In this document: piece after piece, positions 1 to 10,160 of the stretch
How the letters are laid out: each line of letters begins with the position of its first letter
Numbering within the stretch: the first letter of the stretch is position 1
Source of the DNA: Methanothermobacter marburgensis str. Marburg
Lineage (GTDB): Archaea; Methanobacteriota; Methanobacteria; Methanobacteriales; Methanothermobacteraceae
Direction: 5' to 3'
Assembly: GCF_000145295.1 (NCBI RefSeq)
Contig: NC_014408.1
Location: 1,284,170 to 1,308,169, forward strand
Length of the DNA stretch: 24,000 nt
Translations under genes and position numbers: made by a program
Notes under the pieces: generated by a model
Seen by the model: the letters and a program-made list of their open reading frames with translations, nothing else
The model's database searches: none
Told to the model about the DNA's origin: nothing

Positions 1-1
1 G

Positions 2-550
2 GAGTGGATGGGGGCCTACCGTATTGTATTCCACCCCGGCTTTTACGGTGACCTTGGGAGGAGAAGGGCATTTGAGCTCTGCAGGAAGTCTATTGGGGAA
101 CTGATCTCAAGACTTGAAAGTGCCGGTATCAGGGACTTCACACTTGCACCTGAGACCACCGGTAAGAGGTCACAGGTGGGGAGTCTAGAGGAGATTATAA
201 GATTCTCAGAGGAATTTGATAACGTCATGCCCACCGTGGACTTTGCACACATACATGCAAGGGGTGGGGGGTGCATAGGGGGCGCCAGTGATTACAGGAG
301 GATACTTGCGGAGATTGAGGGAAGATTAGGAGTGGAGCACCTCCACTGCCACTTCACAGGGATAGAGTACACAGATGCGGGAGAGAGGAAGCACCACACC
401 CTATCCGAAGGCTTTGGCCCTCCTGTTGAGCCCCTCCTTGAGGTGCTGGTTGATGGGGGCTGGGATGCCACCATAATCTCCGAGACACCCCGAAAGGATG
501 AGGATGCAAGGAGGATAAAGGACCTCCTTGAGGGGTACCTCAGCAGGTGA
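2..550 (+). CDS. nfo: Endonuclease IV (AP endonuclease family 2, TIM barrel), 5'-truncated by the window edge
   Basis: The reading frame is open from base 2. The translation carries the family motifs in order: FHPG, APETTG, DFAHIHA, HCHF...ERKHH.LSEG and IISETP, which correspond to FHPG / ENTAG / DTCH / HLND..DRH..LG.G / ILET of E. coli Nfo. About 100 N-terminal residues are missing. Confidence 0.8.
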   Translation, partial: EWMGAYRIVFHPGFYGDLGRRRAFELCRKSIGELISRLESAGIRDFTLAPETTGKRSQVGSLEEIIRFSEEFDNVMPTVDFAHIHARGGGCIGGASDYRRILAEIEGRLGVEHLHCHFTGIEYTDAGERKHHTLSEGFGPPVEPLLEVLVDGGWDATIISETPRKDEDARRIKDLLEGYLSR

Positions 551-808
551 CGCTGGTCCAGAGAAATAAGGTGTGCGGAATGTCTCAAAATCCACAACTC
601 CAGTTTTTTATATGGGCAGCATGAAGTTGACCAAAATCTACACGGATGCTCCGATGTTTCTTGAATTAACCTGATGGAGTGTACTGAAAATACAGATCCC
701 ACGGAGTGTACCTAAAACTTTATACACCCCGATGCACAATTTACCTATGATGAGTTTATTTCTTGATTATATCACAGTATCAGAACTTGTTTCTGAAGAA
801 CAGGTGAT

Positions 809-1927
809 GTGGTGAAATTCAATAACATAGTCTATGACCCCCAGCTAACAGATAAAAAGTTCCCTGTGAAGGCCTCTGATCCTGAAAGGGAGGCAAAACT
901 TGTTGTTCTCCAGCCGGTTGGATACCCCTTCGTATGCAACCTGATGGAGTCCCCGAGGATAGATGCCGTTAACAAGGAACTCTTTGAGATCTATGCAAGG
1001 GACCAGTGGGAGGGTTTCAGTGCAACTGAGGGTTCCTACCTATTCGACCAGAAACTGCTCCCTGACTATGCATTCAAGATAATAAGGGCCCACCCTGACG
1101 GTTCAAAGATAACCAGAAACACCTCCATTATACTGCTGGAGAACGAGAGGGAGGAGTTCCATGAGGTGAAAAGTGATATCACCATGGACGATGTTATCGG
1201 TCAGGAGGACGCCAAGATAAAGTGCAGGATAATCATGAGGTACCTTGAGGACCCGGACAGATTCAGGGACTGGGCGCCCAGGAACGTCCTCTTCCATGGA
1301 AGCCCGGGTACCGGTAAGACCATGCTTGCAAAGTCCCTTGCAAATGAACTCAGGGTACCCCTCTACCTTATAAAGGCCACAAGCCTCATAGGTGAGCATG
1401 TGGGTGACGGTGCGAGGCAGATACATGAACTCTATGAACTGGCATCAAAAACTGCCCCATCAGTTATATTCATAGATGAGATGGACGCAATTGGCCTCGA
1501 CCGGAGATTCCAGTCCCTCCGTGGGGACGTCTCAGAGGTTGTTAACGCACTCCTGACAGAGATGGATGGTATAAATCAGAACTGGGGTGTTGTAACCATA
1601 GGGGCGACCAATAACCCTGAACTTCTTGATAATGCAATAAGAAGCCGTTTTGAGGAGGAAATAGAGTTCAAGTTACCGGGGGATGATGAGAGGCGGATGA
1701 TGCTTGAGAAATACATTGAGACCATGCCCCTGGATGTGGATTTCTCCGTGGACAAACTTGTTAAACTGACAAAAGGGATGTCAGGAAGGGATATAAAGGA
1801 GAGGGTGCTTAAAACAGCCCTCCACAGGGCACTGGCAGATGAAAGTCCAAGGGTGGAGCGTGAACACATAGAATATGCTCTTAAGGAGCGTGATCTGAAG
1901 AGCGAACCCAGGCACATGTTCGCCTAG
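809..1927 (+). CDS. Single-domain AAA+ ATPase (CDC48/FtsH-type AAA module) with a roughly 140-aa N-terminal domain of unknown function
   Basis: Walker A is GSPGTGKT, Walker B is VIFIDEMD, and the second region of homology is [16 protein letters not shown]. The start is GTG at 809, preceded by AGGTGA at 802-807. Confidence 0.85.
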   Translation: MVKFNNIVYDPQLTDKKFPVKASDPEREAKLVVLQPVGYPFVCNLMESPRIDAVNKELFEIYARDQWEGFSATEGSYLFDQKLLPDYAFKIIRAHPDGSKITRNTSIILLENEREEFHEVKSDITMDDVIGQEDAKIKCRIIMRYLEDPDRFRDWAPRNVLFHGSPGTGKTMLAKSLANELRVPLYLIKATSLIGEHVGDGARQIHELYELASKTAPSVIFIDEMDAIGLDRRFQSLRGDVSEVVNALLTEMDGINQNWGVVTIGATNNPELLDNAIRSRFEEEIEFKLPGDDERRMMLEKYIETMPLDVDFSVDKLVKLTKGMSGRDIKERVLKTALHRALADESPRVEREHIEYALKERDLKSEPRHMFA

Positions 1928-1930
1928 ATC

Positions 1931-1972
1931 AATTTTTTAATTTTATAAAATCCGTTTAAACTTTAATTTTTT
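1931..1972 (+). terminator. Oligo-T tracts downstream of the AAA ATPase gene; likely archaeal intrinsic terminator region
   Basis: T6 at 1933-1938, T4 at 1941-1944 and T6 at 1967-1972 lie directly after the TAG stop at 1925-1927. Archaeal RNA polymerase terminates at oligo-T. Confidence 0.4.
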
Positions 1973-1975
1973 AGT

Positions 1976-2166
1976 GGTTAAAGAACTCCATGAGCACAAA
2001 ACCCAAATTCTCCACAGCCCTTTCCTGGTTAAAGAACTCCATGAGCACAAAACCCAATTCTCTACAGTCTTTTCCCGTTTAAAGAACTCCATGAGCACAA
2101 AACCCAATTCTCTACAGTCTTTTCCCGTTTAAAGAACTCCATGAGCACAAAACCCAATTCTCTACA
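1976..2166. repeat. Head-to-tail tandem repeat, 3.8 copies of a 50/51-bp unit (ggttaaagaactccatgagcacaaaacccaattctctacagtcttttccc)
   Basis: Units occupy 1976-2026 (51 bp, diverged), 2027-2076, 2077-2126 and 2127-2166 (truncated). Units 2-4 are nearly identical. No spacers separate the units. Confidence 0.95.
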
Positions 2167-2185
2167 TTAAGAGATCAGGAAATCC

Positions 2186-2192
2186 AAAAAAA
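2186..2192 (-). terminator. T7 tract one base after the hemA stop codon
   Basis: The minus strand reads TAG G TTTTTTT GGATTTCC immediately after the hemA stop at 2194-2196. Confidence 0.45.
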
Positions 2193-2193
2193 C

Positions 2194-3390
2194 CTAAGAT
2201 TCATCACAATCAAAGAGCTCAGAACACATCCTCAAGAACTCTCTATCATCCCTCTCTGCAGCATCCCTGATTTTCAGTGCAATATCATGGAATATCTTAT
2301 CAACTATTGACCTTGTGAGACCCTCAACAACCCTCTCAGGGTCCTTGCTGTTTTCAATTTTCTTAATTGCCTTACCTGCCTCCCTCTGCCGGAGGGACTC
2401 CATGCGCCCCCTTATTTCAGCAAGAAGTGGCTCCACCTCCCTGTGCTTCATGGCCCTCAGGAGGAGTTCAAGTTCAGCCCTTACTATCCCCTCAGCCTCC
2501 CTTGCCTCGGCCTCTCTCCTCTTCCGGTTCTCCTCGGCCACGCCCCTGAGGTCATCGATTGTGAATAGCCTGACTCCAAGTTCCCTCACGGATTCCTCTA
2601 TATCCCTTGGGTTGGCTATGTCCACCATCACAATGCTGGACCTCCTCTCAGGGGGAACCGCATCCATGACACGCTCACGGGTGAGTATGTAGTGGGGTGA
2701 GCCTGTGGCACTTATAACAACATCTGCATCCCTGAGGGCCCTGTTGAGCCTGTCGAAGTGTATTGCATCACCGCCGAGTTCGCATGCAAGCTGGTAGGCC
2801 CTCTCATATGTTCTGTTTGCAACCATTATTGCCTTGAGGTGCTTTTCGGCGAGGGCACGGGCAACCAGTGTCCCCATTTTACCGGCCCCTATAACAAGGA
2901 CCTTCTTGCATTTCAGGTCACCGTGTATTGACTCTGCAAGATCAACAGCCGCTGATCCTATTGAGACAGAACCCCTGTTTATCTTCGTCTTCCGCCTCAC
3001 GGTCTGTCCCACATGGACCGCCTTGGTGAACACCATATCAAGGAGGGGCCCGCAGGTGCCCTCACGGAGGGCCTGTAGCCTTGCAGCCTTTATTTGTCCA
3101 AGTATCTGGTCCTCCCCGATTATCATGGACTCAAGGCCTGAAGCCAGTCTCAGAAGGTGCAGAAGGGCATCCTCATCTTTTTCAACTGTAAATCCATTAA
3201 AATCAAATTCAGGTGGGACCCCTGTGACATGAAGGTAGTACTCGACCCTGTTGCAGGTCATCAGTGGCACCTTCTCGGTCACGGCTCCAAGGGCCTCAAG
3301 TTCACCCACAATCTCCTCTATTCTGCCTGATGCTGTCTCCATTGTCTTCACATCAGAGGTCTTGTGGTCGAGTCTTATGTTAAGAATCAC
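2194..3390 (-). CDS. hemA: Glutamyl-tRNA reductase
   Basis: This 398-aa protein has an N-terminal LDHKT...VE..R catalytic region, the conserved LESMIIGEDQILGQIK motif and a Rossmann GAGKMG NADPH site. It starts at GTG and overlaps the sirC stop by 11 nt. Confidence 0.92.
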   Translation of the reverse strand: MILNIRLDHKTSDVKTMETASGRIEEIVGELEALGAVTEKVPLMTCNRVEYYLHVTGVPPEFDFNGFTVEKDEDALLHLLRLASGLESMIIGEDQILGQIKAARLQALREGTCGPLLDMVFTKAVHVGQTVRRKTKINRGSVSIGSAAVDLAESIHGDLKCKKVLVIGAGKMGTLVARALAEKHLKAIMVANRTYERAYQLACELGGDAIHFDRLNRALRDADVVISATGSPHYILTRERVMDAVPPERRSSIVMVDIANPRDIEESVRELGVRLFTIDDLRGVAEENRKRREAEAREAEGIVRAELELLLRAMKHREVEPLLAEIRGRMESLRQREAGKAIKKIENSKDPERVVEGLTRSIVDKIFHDIALKIRDAAERDDREFLRMCSELFDCDES

Positions 3391-3997
3391 CTGAAGCCCC
3401 CCTATCCATGATTATGTCCCGAGCCCTTCTTATGGCACCCTCCAGATCACCAGCTTCAAGTTTTTCCTGTACCATTTTATCCTCTGAGATCTCATAGAGA
3501 ATTCTGCGCCTCTTTCTGTGATCCTGGACCTCTTCCATTAGCATGCGGCGGGATACATCCTGAACCTCAATCATTAGTATATCCTCTGGTTTTATGGCCT
3601 CCTGGATCCTCCTGCGAAGGTATTTTGCCATAAGTGGACTCTTTTTACCTGTGAATACTGAGATTGAAACATCCGCTATTTTGAATGTCGATGGGACAAC
3701 CACGTTACCCCTTGATGGGTCATCTGCCCGGTTAAGGAGTTTGCCACCTGCAAGTTCAGTTACCCTTTCATTGAGGCTTCTATCGGGACTTGCGGCAACT
3801 ATGAGGTCTGCCTTCTTAATCCACTCCTCAAGTTTTTCTTCTGTGATTGAAACAGCGCCTTCAACTTCCTGTCCAAGAACCGCGACCTCTGCACCGGCCT
3901 CGATGAACCTCATCGCCCTTCTTCTTCCAACTTCACCTGAACCCACCACGAGTACCCTCTTACCTTCCATGTCAATGTAGAGGGGTGTGAGGGACAT
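3380..3997 (-). CDS. sirC: Precorrin-2 dehydrogenase / sirohydrochlorin-forming enzyme (siroheme synthase N-terminal domain type)
   Basis: This 205-aa protein has an N-terminal GKRVLVVGSGEVGRRRA Rossmann motif, as in CysG-N/Met8/SirC. It lies next to hemA. Confidence 0.8.
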   Translation of the reverse strand: MSLTPLYIDMEGKRVLVVGSGEVGRRRAMRFIEAGAEVAVLGQEVEGAVSITEEKLEEWIKKADLIVAASPDRSLNERVTELAGGKLLNRADDPSRGNVVVPSTFKIADVSISVFTGKKSPLMAKYLRRRIQEAIKPEDILMIEVQDVSRRMLMEEVQDHRKRRRILYEISEDKMVQEKLEAGDLEGAIRRARDIIMDRGASGDS

Positions 3998-4008
3998 TTT
4001 ACCATCCG

Positions 4009-4476
4009 TCAGAGGGATTTCATTCTGAGTATCTTCATGGCTGTTCTGAGGTCATTATCTGCCTCGGCAAGGGCCTCCCTGGCCTCTTCAATGGATACAT
4101 CAAAGGCGTCTGCCAGGGCCTTCACACTGTCGGTGTCAGGTTCAGATGTGCCCACAAGTTCCTCTGAGAGCCTCTTTTTGAGTTCCATGTACTCCTCAGT
4201 TGTCATGTTGATCCTCTTCATGGCCATGTCCCTGAGTGGACAGGGCTTTGAGGGCTTGCAGCACCAGACAAGTGAACCGAAGCATGTCCCCTGGCCCTCG
4301 CCGAGCCTCGTATTCCTTGCGAATGACTCCTTGATTTCAATGTAATCCTGTGGTGTCAGTCCCGCCTCCTCGAGTGCTATCATTATTGGGCAGGGCTTCA
4401 CCGGTGGGCAGCAGAATGTAAGCGCCCTTTTATCACCACCCCTGCAGACATGGGATGGTGCGTCGCTCCATACCAA
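4009..4476 (-). CDS. Methanogen-specific Cys-rich protein with two CC-x3-KPCP repeats (resembles methanogenesis marker domain 9) and a C-terminal UBA/NAC-like helical domain
   Basis: There is an internal duplication: [10 protein letters not shown]...DYIEIKE and [10 protein letters not shown]...EYMELKK. The C-terminus ([23 protein letters not shown]) looks UBA-like. A strong AAGGAGGA RBS lies upstream of the ATG at 4476. Confidence 0.55.
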   Translation of the reverse strand: MVWSDAPSHVCRGGDKRALTFCCPPVKPCPIMIALEEAGLTPQDYIEIKESFARNTRLGEGQGTCFGSLVWCCKPSKPCPLRDMAMKRINMTTEEYMELKKRLSEELVGTSEPDTDSVKALADAFDVSIEEAREALAEADNDLRTAMKILRMKSL

Positions 4477-4609
4477 ACACAGTCCTCCTTTATTAATTAT
4501 GTTTATTCTGTTAATAATAATTCATTACATGGTGGCTGAAATAACACCACTTAATGCCTTTAACAGCTTTTTTGATAAATAAATTGTGGTTCGCAGATAA
4601 TAAAGGGGG

Positions 4610-6202
4610 TTATTCCCTGAGCATCCCCCTCTTCTCATCAGGTGTGAGGTCCCCGACGATTGACTCTGGTTCACCTGTCTTGAGGATTCTGCCCCCCCTC
4701 ATGAGGGATGCCCTGTCACAGACATCAAGGACAAAGTCCATGTCATGTGAAATTATCAGGAAGGTCTGATTCAGCTCCTCCCTGGCCTTCAGGATTGAAT
4801 CTGTAACCTGCACCCTGGTTATGGGGTCCATGGTACCTGTGGGCTCATCAAGTATTATTATCCTGGGCTCCCTGATGAGAACCTGGGCAAGGGCGACCCT
4901 GTGTCTCTCACCACCTGAGAGCTCGTCAGGGTACTTGTCAAGGAGGTTCTCTGCGTACTCCTCATCAAAGCCCACTGCCTTGAGGACATAGATTGCCTTC
5001 ATCCTGGCAAATTCTGCCGGGAGCTCAAGGCTGATGGCCTCTGTGAGGTTACCAAGCACATCCCTGTGGGGGTAGAGGCTGTACTCCTGGTGGAGTATCC
5101 CAAGGTAGGGCGTTACACGGCCACGGCCAAGGGGTCCCTTCTCGGTCATGTCTATCCATTCATCACCCAGCCTCACGCAGACCTTCCCGCTGCTTGGCTC
5201 GGTTATTCCGATTATTATCCTTGAGAGCGTCGTCTTACCGGCTCCGCTGAGCCCCACGACACCAAAGATTTCACCCTCATAGACTGTGAGGTCAACACCG
5301 TCAACCGCCTTTACAACACCCCTGTCAATGGAGTAGTAGTGCTTCTTAACATCAACCATCTTTATGATGGGGGTTTCCCTTTCAAACTCCTTCACCTTCT
5401 CAGGTGCGGGCACCTGTTCCATGAACCTGGCAACCACGTCATCAGGGTCTCCCTCCTCGATTATCTCACCCTTCTCGATCCATATGGCATAATCAGAGAG
5501 GTCCCTCATGACCTCGGGCCAGTGGGAGGTTATGATCATGGTTATTCCCTTATCCTTGACACCCTCAAGGAGTGCGTCGTGTATGAGCTCAGCTGTCTGG
5601 GGGTCAAGGGTACCTGTTGGCTCATCAGCCAGGAAAACCATTGGTTCCTTGGCCAGCTGCCTTGCAAGGACAACCCTCTGCTTTTCACCACCACTGAGAT
5701 CCCTTGCAATGTGGGTTATCCTGTGGCTCATCTGAACCATTTCAAGGAGGTCAAGGGCATGGTAGAGGGCTGTTTCATATTCAAGATCTGGCATTGACTT
5801 TATGACGTTATCGATTACCGTGTCGTCCTCATAGAGGGCAAATGTCCTCTGGAGCATTATGGCTATTCTTCTCCTGACGGCGGCGAAGGTCTTCTTGTCA
5901 CAGTTCCAGAAGTCCACCTCCCGGACTGAAAATTTTGAGCCGCATCCACATACCTTACCCTCAAAGGAGGGGGGTTCAACTCTGAGGCATTCAGGGCAGA
6001 TTGCCACATTGTAGATGACACGGCCGCTGTCGGGCTTGTATTCCTTCATACCCCTCAGCATGTTTATGAGAACAGATTTTCCTGCCCCACTTCTTCCCAG
6101 TATCCCCAGGACCTTGCCCTCATCGATTTCAACGCTGATGTTTTTTAGAACCTCGACACCCTTAAACTTCTTTGTGACGTTTTCCAGCTTTATGAAAGAC
6201 AT
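4610..6202 (-). CDS. atwA: Methyl-coenzyme M reductase system component A2, a tandem ABC-type ATPase
   Basis: This 530-aa protein has two ABC cassettes. The Walker A sites are GRSGAGKS and GLSGAGKT, the signature motifs are LSGGEKQR and LSGGERHR, and the Walker B sites are FLADEPT and IILDEPT. The N-terminal sequence and size match A2 of Methanothermobacter. Confidence 0.9.
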   Translation of the reverse strand: MSFIKLENVTKKFKGVEVLKNISVEIDEGKVLGILGRSGAGKSVLINMLRGMKEYKPDSGRVIYNVAICPECLRVEPPSFEGKVCGCGSKFSVREVDFWNCDKKTFAAVRRRIAIMLQRTFALYEDDTVIDNVIKSMPDLEYETALYHALDLLEMVQMSHRITHIARDLSGGEKQRVVLARQLAKEPMVFLADEPTGTLDPQTAELIHDALLEGVKDKGITMIITSHWPEVMRDLSDYAIWIEKGEIIEEGDPDDVVARFMEQVPAPEKVKEFERETPIIKMVDVKKHYYSIDRGVVKAVDGVDLTVYEGEIFGVVGLSGAGKTTLSRIIIGITEPSSGKVCVRLGDEWIDMTEKGPLGRGRVTPYLGILHQEYSLYPHRDVLGNLTEAISLELPAEFARMKAIYVLKAVGFDEEYAENLLDKYPDELSGGERHRVALAQVLIREPRIIILDEPTGTMDPITRVQVTDSILKAREELNQTFLIISHDMDFVLDVCDRASLMRGGRILKTGEPESIVGDLTPDEKRGMLRE

Positions 6203-6296
6203 ATGCTCACCCTCAGTTGCTAAAATTAACGTTACCAGTGAAAGATGAATCTGTATTATTCTTTTGATAAAGGGACTATTAAAATTTTCTAAATTT

Positions 6297-7058
6297 TTAG
6301 TCTGGGTTAAATCTGAGTTCCCTGAGATTGAAGTCTATCCTGCCAGATATGGCGGCCCTTGCAATTGATACAGCATCTGCACCTGCAGCAAGCATTGCAG
6401 CGGCGGATTCAGGGTCTCTCACTGAATTGTTACCTATCATGACAGCATTCCTTAAACTCTGTGAAACTTCACTTACAAGTTCAAGGTCAGCCCTATCCTC
6501 CCCTGGTTTCATGGCGTCCAGGTGAATGTAGCCTACCCCAAGGTCATCAAGCATTCCTGCAATGTCAGCCGTATCAACTCCAGGCACATTTCCCCGTATC
6601 TTGACAGAGACCTCTGCATTGGCACCCTTCACAACCTCAGATGTGAAGTCCTTCAGAAAATCAGGGTCATGGAGCATCGCCTGTCCGGCACCCAGAGAGG
6701 TTATCTCTGGCTGTCTGCAGTGTGCATTTATCTCAACAATATCCACTTCCTCAATGGATGATATCTCCATGATGGGTTCAGGGTCAAGGGCCCTGAGGTT
6801 CACAGAGACCAGCACATCAAAACTGTCCTTTATCCTTGATGCCTCAGATTCTACTATGGATTTAAGTTCAGAAGAGTCAAAATCAAATTCAGGTCTGCCC
6901 CTCTGGGCTATTAGCCTTCCAGCCCTGGATGTTTCCTCATCTGCATTGTAACCGCCCAGTGTAACAGCATCGAAACCATAGGGGATAAGTTTCATGCAGA
7001 ATTCTGCATCGGTTATACCTGCCATTGGGGCCAGGACAATTATGCTATCAGCAACCAT
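6297..7058 (-). CDS. Dus/DHOD-like FMN-binding TIM-barrel protein, function unknown
   Basis: This 253-aa protein has an N-terminal LAPMAGITD motif typical of the dihydrouridine-synthase-like flavoprotein fold, and an INAHCRQPE segment with a candidate catalytic Cys. Confidence 0.55.
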   Translation of the reverse strand: MVADSIIVLAPMAGITDAEFCMKLIPYGFDAVTLGGYNADEETSRAGRLIAQRGRPEFDFDSSELKSIVESEASRIKDSFDVLVSVNLRALDPEPIMEISSIEEVDIVEINAHCRQPEITSLGAGQAMLHDPDFLKDFTSEVVKGANAEVSVKIRGNVPGVDTADIAGMLDDLGVGYIHLDAMKPGEDRADLELVSEVSQSLRNAVMIGNNSVRDPESAAAMLAAGADAVSIARAAISGRIDFNLRELRFNPD

Positions 7059-7102
7059 AGGTTTTTGGTTAGAAAATCTTGATAATGCAGGACCTCATCC
7101 AC

Positions 7103-7852
7103 CTATTCCTTCATCACATGGACCAGGTCATATGTGAAGCCGCCCCTTATCTCCTCGAGGGCCAGGTCTGCCAGGTTGGCAGCCTTCTCAGCTGTTGGTG
7201 CCTTCCCGATACCTGCCTTGAGTGCAACGTTTATCTCGTCATCTATTTCATTGAGTATGCGAAGCAGACCCTGCGGTTCAAGGCCGTTACAGGGGGACAT
7301 GAAGTTATCTCCACCTATGAAGAATAGAAGGGCGCCCTCCTTTATGAGTTTCTTCATCAGAAAGTGCTGGACCCGGTTAACAATGAATGATGTGTCATAG
7401 GCCGGCACAATGTCGGTCATGGTCTCTGTGATGCCATTTATATCAATATGTGCAATCTGCACATAACCCTCATCCACAAGACCATCTATGGCAAGGACCT
7501 CCTTCCTGTCCTCTGATTGGGCTCCCCCATGGCTCTGAAGAGCCCTTGAAGCGTTTCTCTGGGCATCATAGGGTGTCTCAGCGGCTCCTACACCCATACT
7601 CACGGTTATGGGGTAACGGTTACCTATGGACCTCTGTATCCTTCTGTGGTCCTCCACTCCTATACCATTGGTGATGGCAAGCATGTTATCGAATCTTGTG
7701 AAGAAAACAAGTCCCTGACGGGCAGCAAACTGGCGCTGAAGGTCAGCGTAAAGTTCTGCCTGGAGTATCTGAAGATCAGCCTCATTACGTGGGGCTGGTG
7801 TGACTGTCCATGGCCCATAATTGTCTATCTGAATTAAGGTCATCTGTATCAT
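7103..7852 (-). CDS. arfA: GTP cyclohydrolase III (forms FAPy for riboflavin/F420 biosynthesis)
   Basis: This 249-aa protein has an N-terminal [11 protein letters not shown] motif and the overall pattern of the MJ0145 family. Its start overlaps the cofD stop by 4 nt (ATGA). Confidence 0.8.
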   Translation of the reverse strand: MIQMTLIQIDNYGPWTVTPAPRNEADLQILQAELYADLQRQFAARQGLVFFTRFDNMLAITNGIGVEDHRRIQRSIGNRYPITVSMGVGAAETPYDAQRNASRALQSHGGAQSEDRKEVLAIDGLVDEGYVQIAHIDINGITETMTDIVPAYDTSFIVNRVQHFLMKKLIKEGALLFFIGGDNFMSPCNGLEPQGLLRILNEIDDEINVALKAGIGKAPTAEKAANLADLALEEIRGGFTYDLVHVMKE

Positions 7853-8754
7853 AATATTTCACCCAAAAGTATTCTGGCCAACATTATTTTATCCCCTGTG
7901 TTTTCCATGATGGTCTTTGTTATCGTTACCTCTTTTATTAGTTTTTCTATTTCCATCTTGAGGTTTGAGTCGGCCTCATCAATCACCAGCATGTCAAGAA
8001 AATCACTGTACATCTCTGCAAGGCCCAGACTTGAGGTCTCATAGCCTTTAGCTTCCATGAATTTCCCTGCTGGCCCGCTGAATGGTCTACTTCCGAGAAA
8101 TGGGGATACTGCAGATACCTCTGCATCTCTGAGGGCATCCCTCACACCCTCTGTTCTGAGGATGGGCCCTATGGATGTCACAGGATTGGATGGTCCCACT
8201 ATGACCCTTTCGGCAGATTCAATCGCCTCTAAAACCCCTGGTGCTGGTTTAACCCTGCTGAACTGAACATCCAGGACCTCGGGCTCTGACCTCCTCTCCA
8301 CAAGGAACTCGTGGAACCCCATCTCACCCTCATCTGTAATTATCCTGATATCGGATTCCTGGTTGCTCATGGGGATAACCCTTGATTTCACACCCAGGGC
8401 CCTGCACTGGTGTTCCACAACCCTGTGGAGTGGCATGTCCCTTAAAAGAAGGGTTTTCTGTATCTTGAATGCCCGGTCAAGGTCGCCTATCCTCAGGAGC
8501 TCCGGGCATCCAAGTTCATGGAGCCTCTCATGGGTTATGAATGTGTCATCCCGGACCCCATACCATGTCTCCTCGTTTATCATCCCTGCCAGGGTGTAGA
8601 TAACCGTGTCTATGTCAGGTGCAACGTAGACTCCTGAGAAATAATCGTTCTCAACGGTGTTAACTATCACCGTAACCTCAGAGGGGTCCACAACCCTCAC
8701 AATGCCCTGCAGGAGTTTCGGTGTGCCTGTACCCCCAGAGAGGACTGTTATCAT
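7849..8754 (-). CDS. cofD: 2-phospho-L-lactate transferase (F420 biosynthesis)
   Basis: This 301-aa protein carries [41 protein letters not shown] and VSP...PFSGPA, which match CofD closely. Confidence 0.92.
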   Translation of the reverse strand: MITVLSGGTGTPKLLQGIVRVVDPSEVTVIVNTVENDYFSGVYVAPDIDTVIYTLAGMINEETWYGVRDDTFITHERLHELGCPELLRIGDLDRAFKIQKTLLLRDMPLHRVVEHQCRALGVKSRVIPMSNQESDIRIITDEGEMGFHEFLVERRSEPEVLDVQFSRVKPAPGVLEAIESAERVIVGPSNPVTSIGPILRTEGVRDALRDAEVSAVSPFLGSRPFSGPAGKFMEAKGYETSSLGLAEMYSDFLDMLVIDEADSNLKMEIEKLIKEVTITKTIMENTGDKIMLARILLGEIL

Positions 8755-8762
8755 TGAACCAC

Positions 8763-9521
8763 CTAATCCCTGAAGACGTCAAGTTCCCGGGGCCTTAAGA
8801 GTTCCCTTGCGCTGCCAGTGGCGCGGAGGTGCCCCCATGGGTAACCCCTTACTATGACAGCGGGTACGCCCTCATCTGCCTGTCCCATCACAAGGGAAGC
8901 TGCCGCTGCCAGTTCATCTGCAACCGCCACCCTGGTTGTCTGGAGGCTCCTGCCATAAAGGTCCAGTTCACCCTTCCTGTCCCACACCGGTGAAATGCCA
9001 GCGACTCCAACTGCAACACCGACAGCACCCTCCCTGAAGGGCCTTCCCTGTGTATCGGAGATTATGACAGCCATTTCCCTCCCTGTGAGTTCCTGAAGAG
9101 CCCCAAGTATCCTCCTGGCGCTTCCATCAGGGTCCTCCGGGAGTGGAGTTGCCAGTCCCTCCTCAACATTTGACTCGTCAATACCCGCATTGGCGCATAC
9201 AAAGCCGTGCCGGGTTTCAGATACTATGAAGTCATGGCCAACCTTCAGTATCTCACTGGACTCCTCAAGGATTGCCTCAACTAGCCTGGGGTCCTTACCT
9301 GTCCTTGATGCTATTTCAAGTGCCTTGCTGGATGGCTCAATTCTCCTAAGGTCAACGGTGTTTCCCTCTGCCTTTGCCACCAGTGTTTCAGCGATTACTA
9401 CTATGTCACCATCAAGGAGTTCCATGTTCGAGGATTTCAGGGCGTCCACTATGAGGGCTGCTATGTCATCACCCTCTGAGACAAGTGGTAGGCCCTCCAC
9501 TCCAGTTAGGGTTATCTCCAT
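8763..9521 (-). CDS. cofE: Coenzyme F420-0:L-glutamate ligase
   Basis: This 252-aa protein carries [23 protein letters not shown] and ISDT.GRPFR.G..GVA motifs typical of CofE. Confidence 0.9.
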   Translation of the reverse strand: MEITLTGVEGLPLVSEGDDIAALIVDALKSSNMELLDGDIVVIAETLVAKAEGNTVDLRRIEPSSKALEIASRTGKDPRLVEAILEESSEILKVGHDFIVSETRHGFVCANAGIDESNVEEGLATPLPEDPDGSARRILGALQELTGREMAVIISDTQGRPFREGAVGVAVGVAGISPVWDRKGELDLYGRSLQTTRVAVADELAAAASLVMGQADEGVPAVIVRGYPWGHLRATGSARELLRPRELDVFRD

Positions 9522-9535
9522 TTAAGCACCGGAAT

Positions 9536-10147
9536 TCATTTTTCTCCTGTCGCCAGCTTCCAGCCGTCTCCTGTGTTGAATGCCGCTGCCGAGGTAACAG
9601 GGTGTGTGAATGCCGCAAAATCTCCACCGCCCAGTATGAACTCTGCCGCCTCCTCTGCATTTCCGGCTTCAAAGGTGGTTTCTGCTGGTTCTGTCTGCTC
9701 ATAGGTTGATATGTACATTGAAACGCCTTCAGGGACCCTTCTGACGTTTATCCCATCATCTGTAACTATTCCTATGAATGCATCCGAGTCATTGATTGCC
9801 GCCGCGATTCTTGGGGTGTTGAGTTCATCCTTCTCATAGTCCATTGTAAGGAGCGAGAAACCCAGGGCGTCCTTCAGGTTCATCCCCAGGGATATCTTAT
9901 CTGCAATGGTATCGGTATGGGAACCGTTGGATACAACCGCAGTCCCATCAACTATCCTTATGCAGTTGTATGCTATGTAGGGGTTTTTGAATACGTCGCC
10001 CTCACAGCCCTCAACTGGTACAATCGCAACCCTCTCATCAAGGAGCCTTGCCGTCCTGTTTGGGAAGGATCTGCTTGAGACGCGGTATGCCACGAAGGAT
10101 CCGCTGCTGTTTCTTCCAACTGCCAGTATTCTTCCAAGATACATCAT
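9536..10147 (-). CDS. purO: Archaeal IMP cyclohydrolase
   Basis: This 203-aa protein has an N-terminal [10 protein letters not shown]...[11 protein letters not shown], as in the MJ0626-type PurO family. Confidence 0.88.
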   Translation of the reverse strand: MMYLGRILAVGRNSSGSFVAYRVSSRSFPNRTARLLDERVAIVPVEGCEGDVFKNPYIAYNCIRIVDGTAVVSNGSHTDTIADKISLGMNLKDALGFSLLTMDYEKDELNTPRIAAAINDSDAFIGIVTDDGINVRRVPEGVSMYISTYEQTEPAETTFEAGNAEEAAEFILGGGDFAAFTHPVTSAAAFNTGDGWKLATGEK

Positions 10148-10160
10148 ATCACCTGCAAAA

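Noticed and set aside
292-702. 136-aa minus-strand ORF
   Set aside because: It is antisense to the well-supported nfo 3' half. It is Ser/Pro-rich low-complexity sequence with no recognisable motif.
747-796. C/D-box sRNA candidate (AUGAUGA at 747-753, CUGA at 793-796, about 50 nt apart)
   Set aside because: There are no convincing internal D'/C' boxes and no terminal stem adjacent to the boxes. The segment coincides with the likely promoter and RBS region of the AAA ATPase gene. It is probably chance.
668-950. 13-bp exact repeat aacctgatggagt (668-680 and 938-950) and 9-bp repeat ggagtgtac (676-684 and 703-711)
   Set aside because: A few exact 13-mers are expected by chance in 24 kb, and one copy lies inside coding sequence. 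The 9-mer pair is too short to interpret without conservation data.
1976-2166. Possible CRISPR array
   Set aside because: The 50-bp units abut each other with no unique spacers. The unit is not palindromic, and no cas genes are nearby. It is a plain tandem repeat.
5339-5797. 152-aa + strand ORF (and 5508-5735, 6015-6248)
   Set aside because: They lie entirely antisense within atwA, whose ABC motifs are unambiguous. They are typical shadow ORFs.
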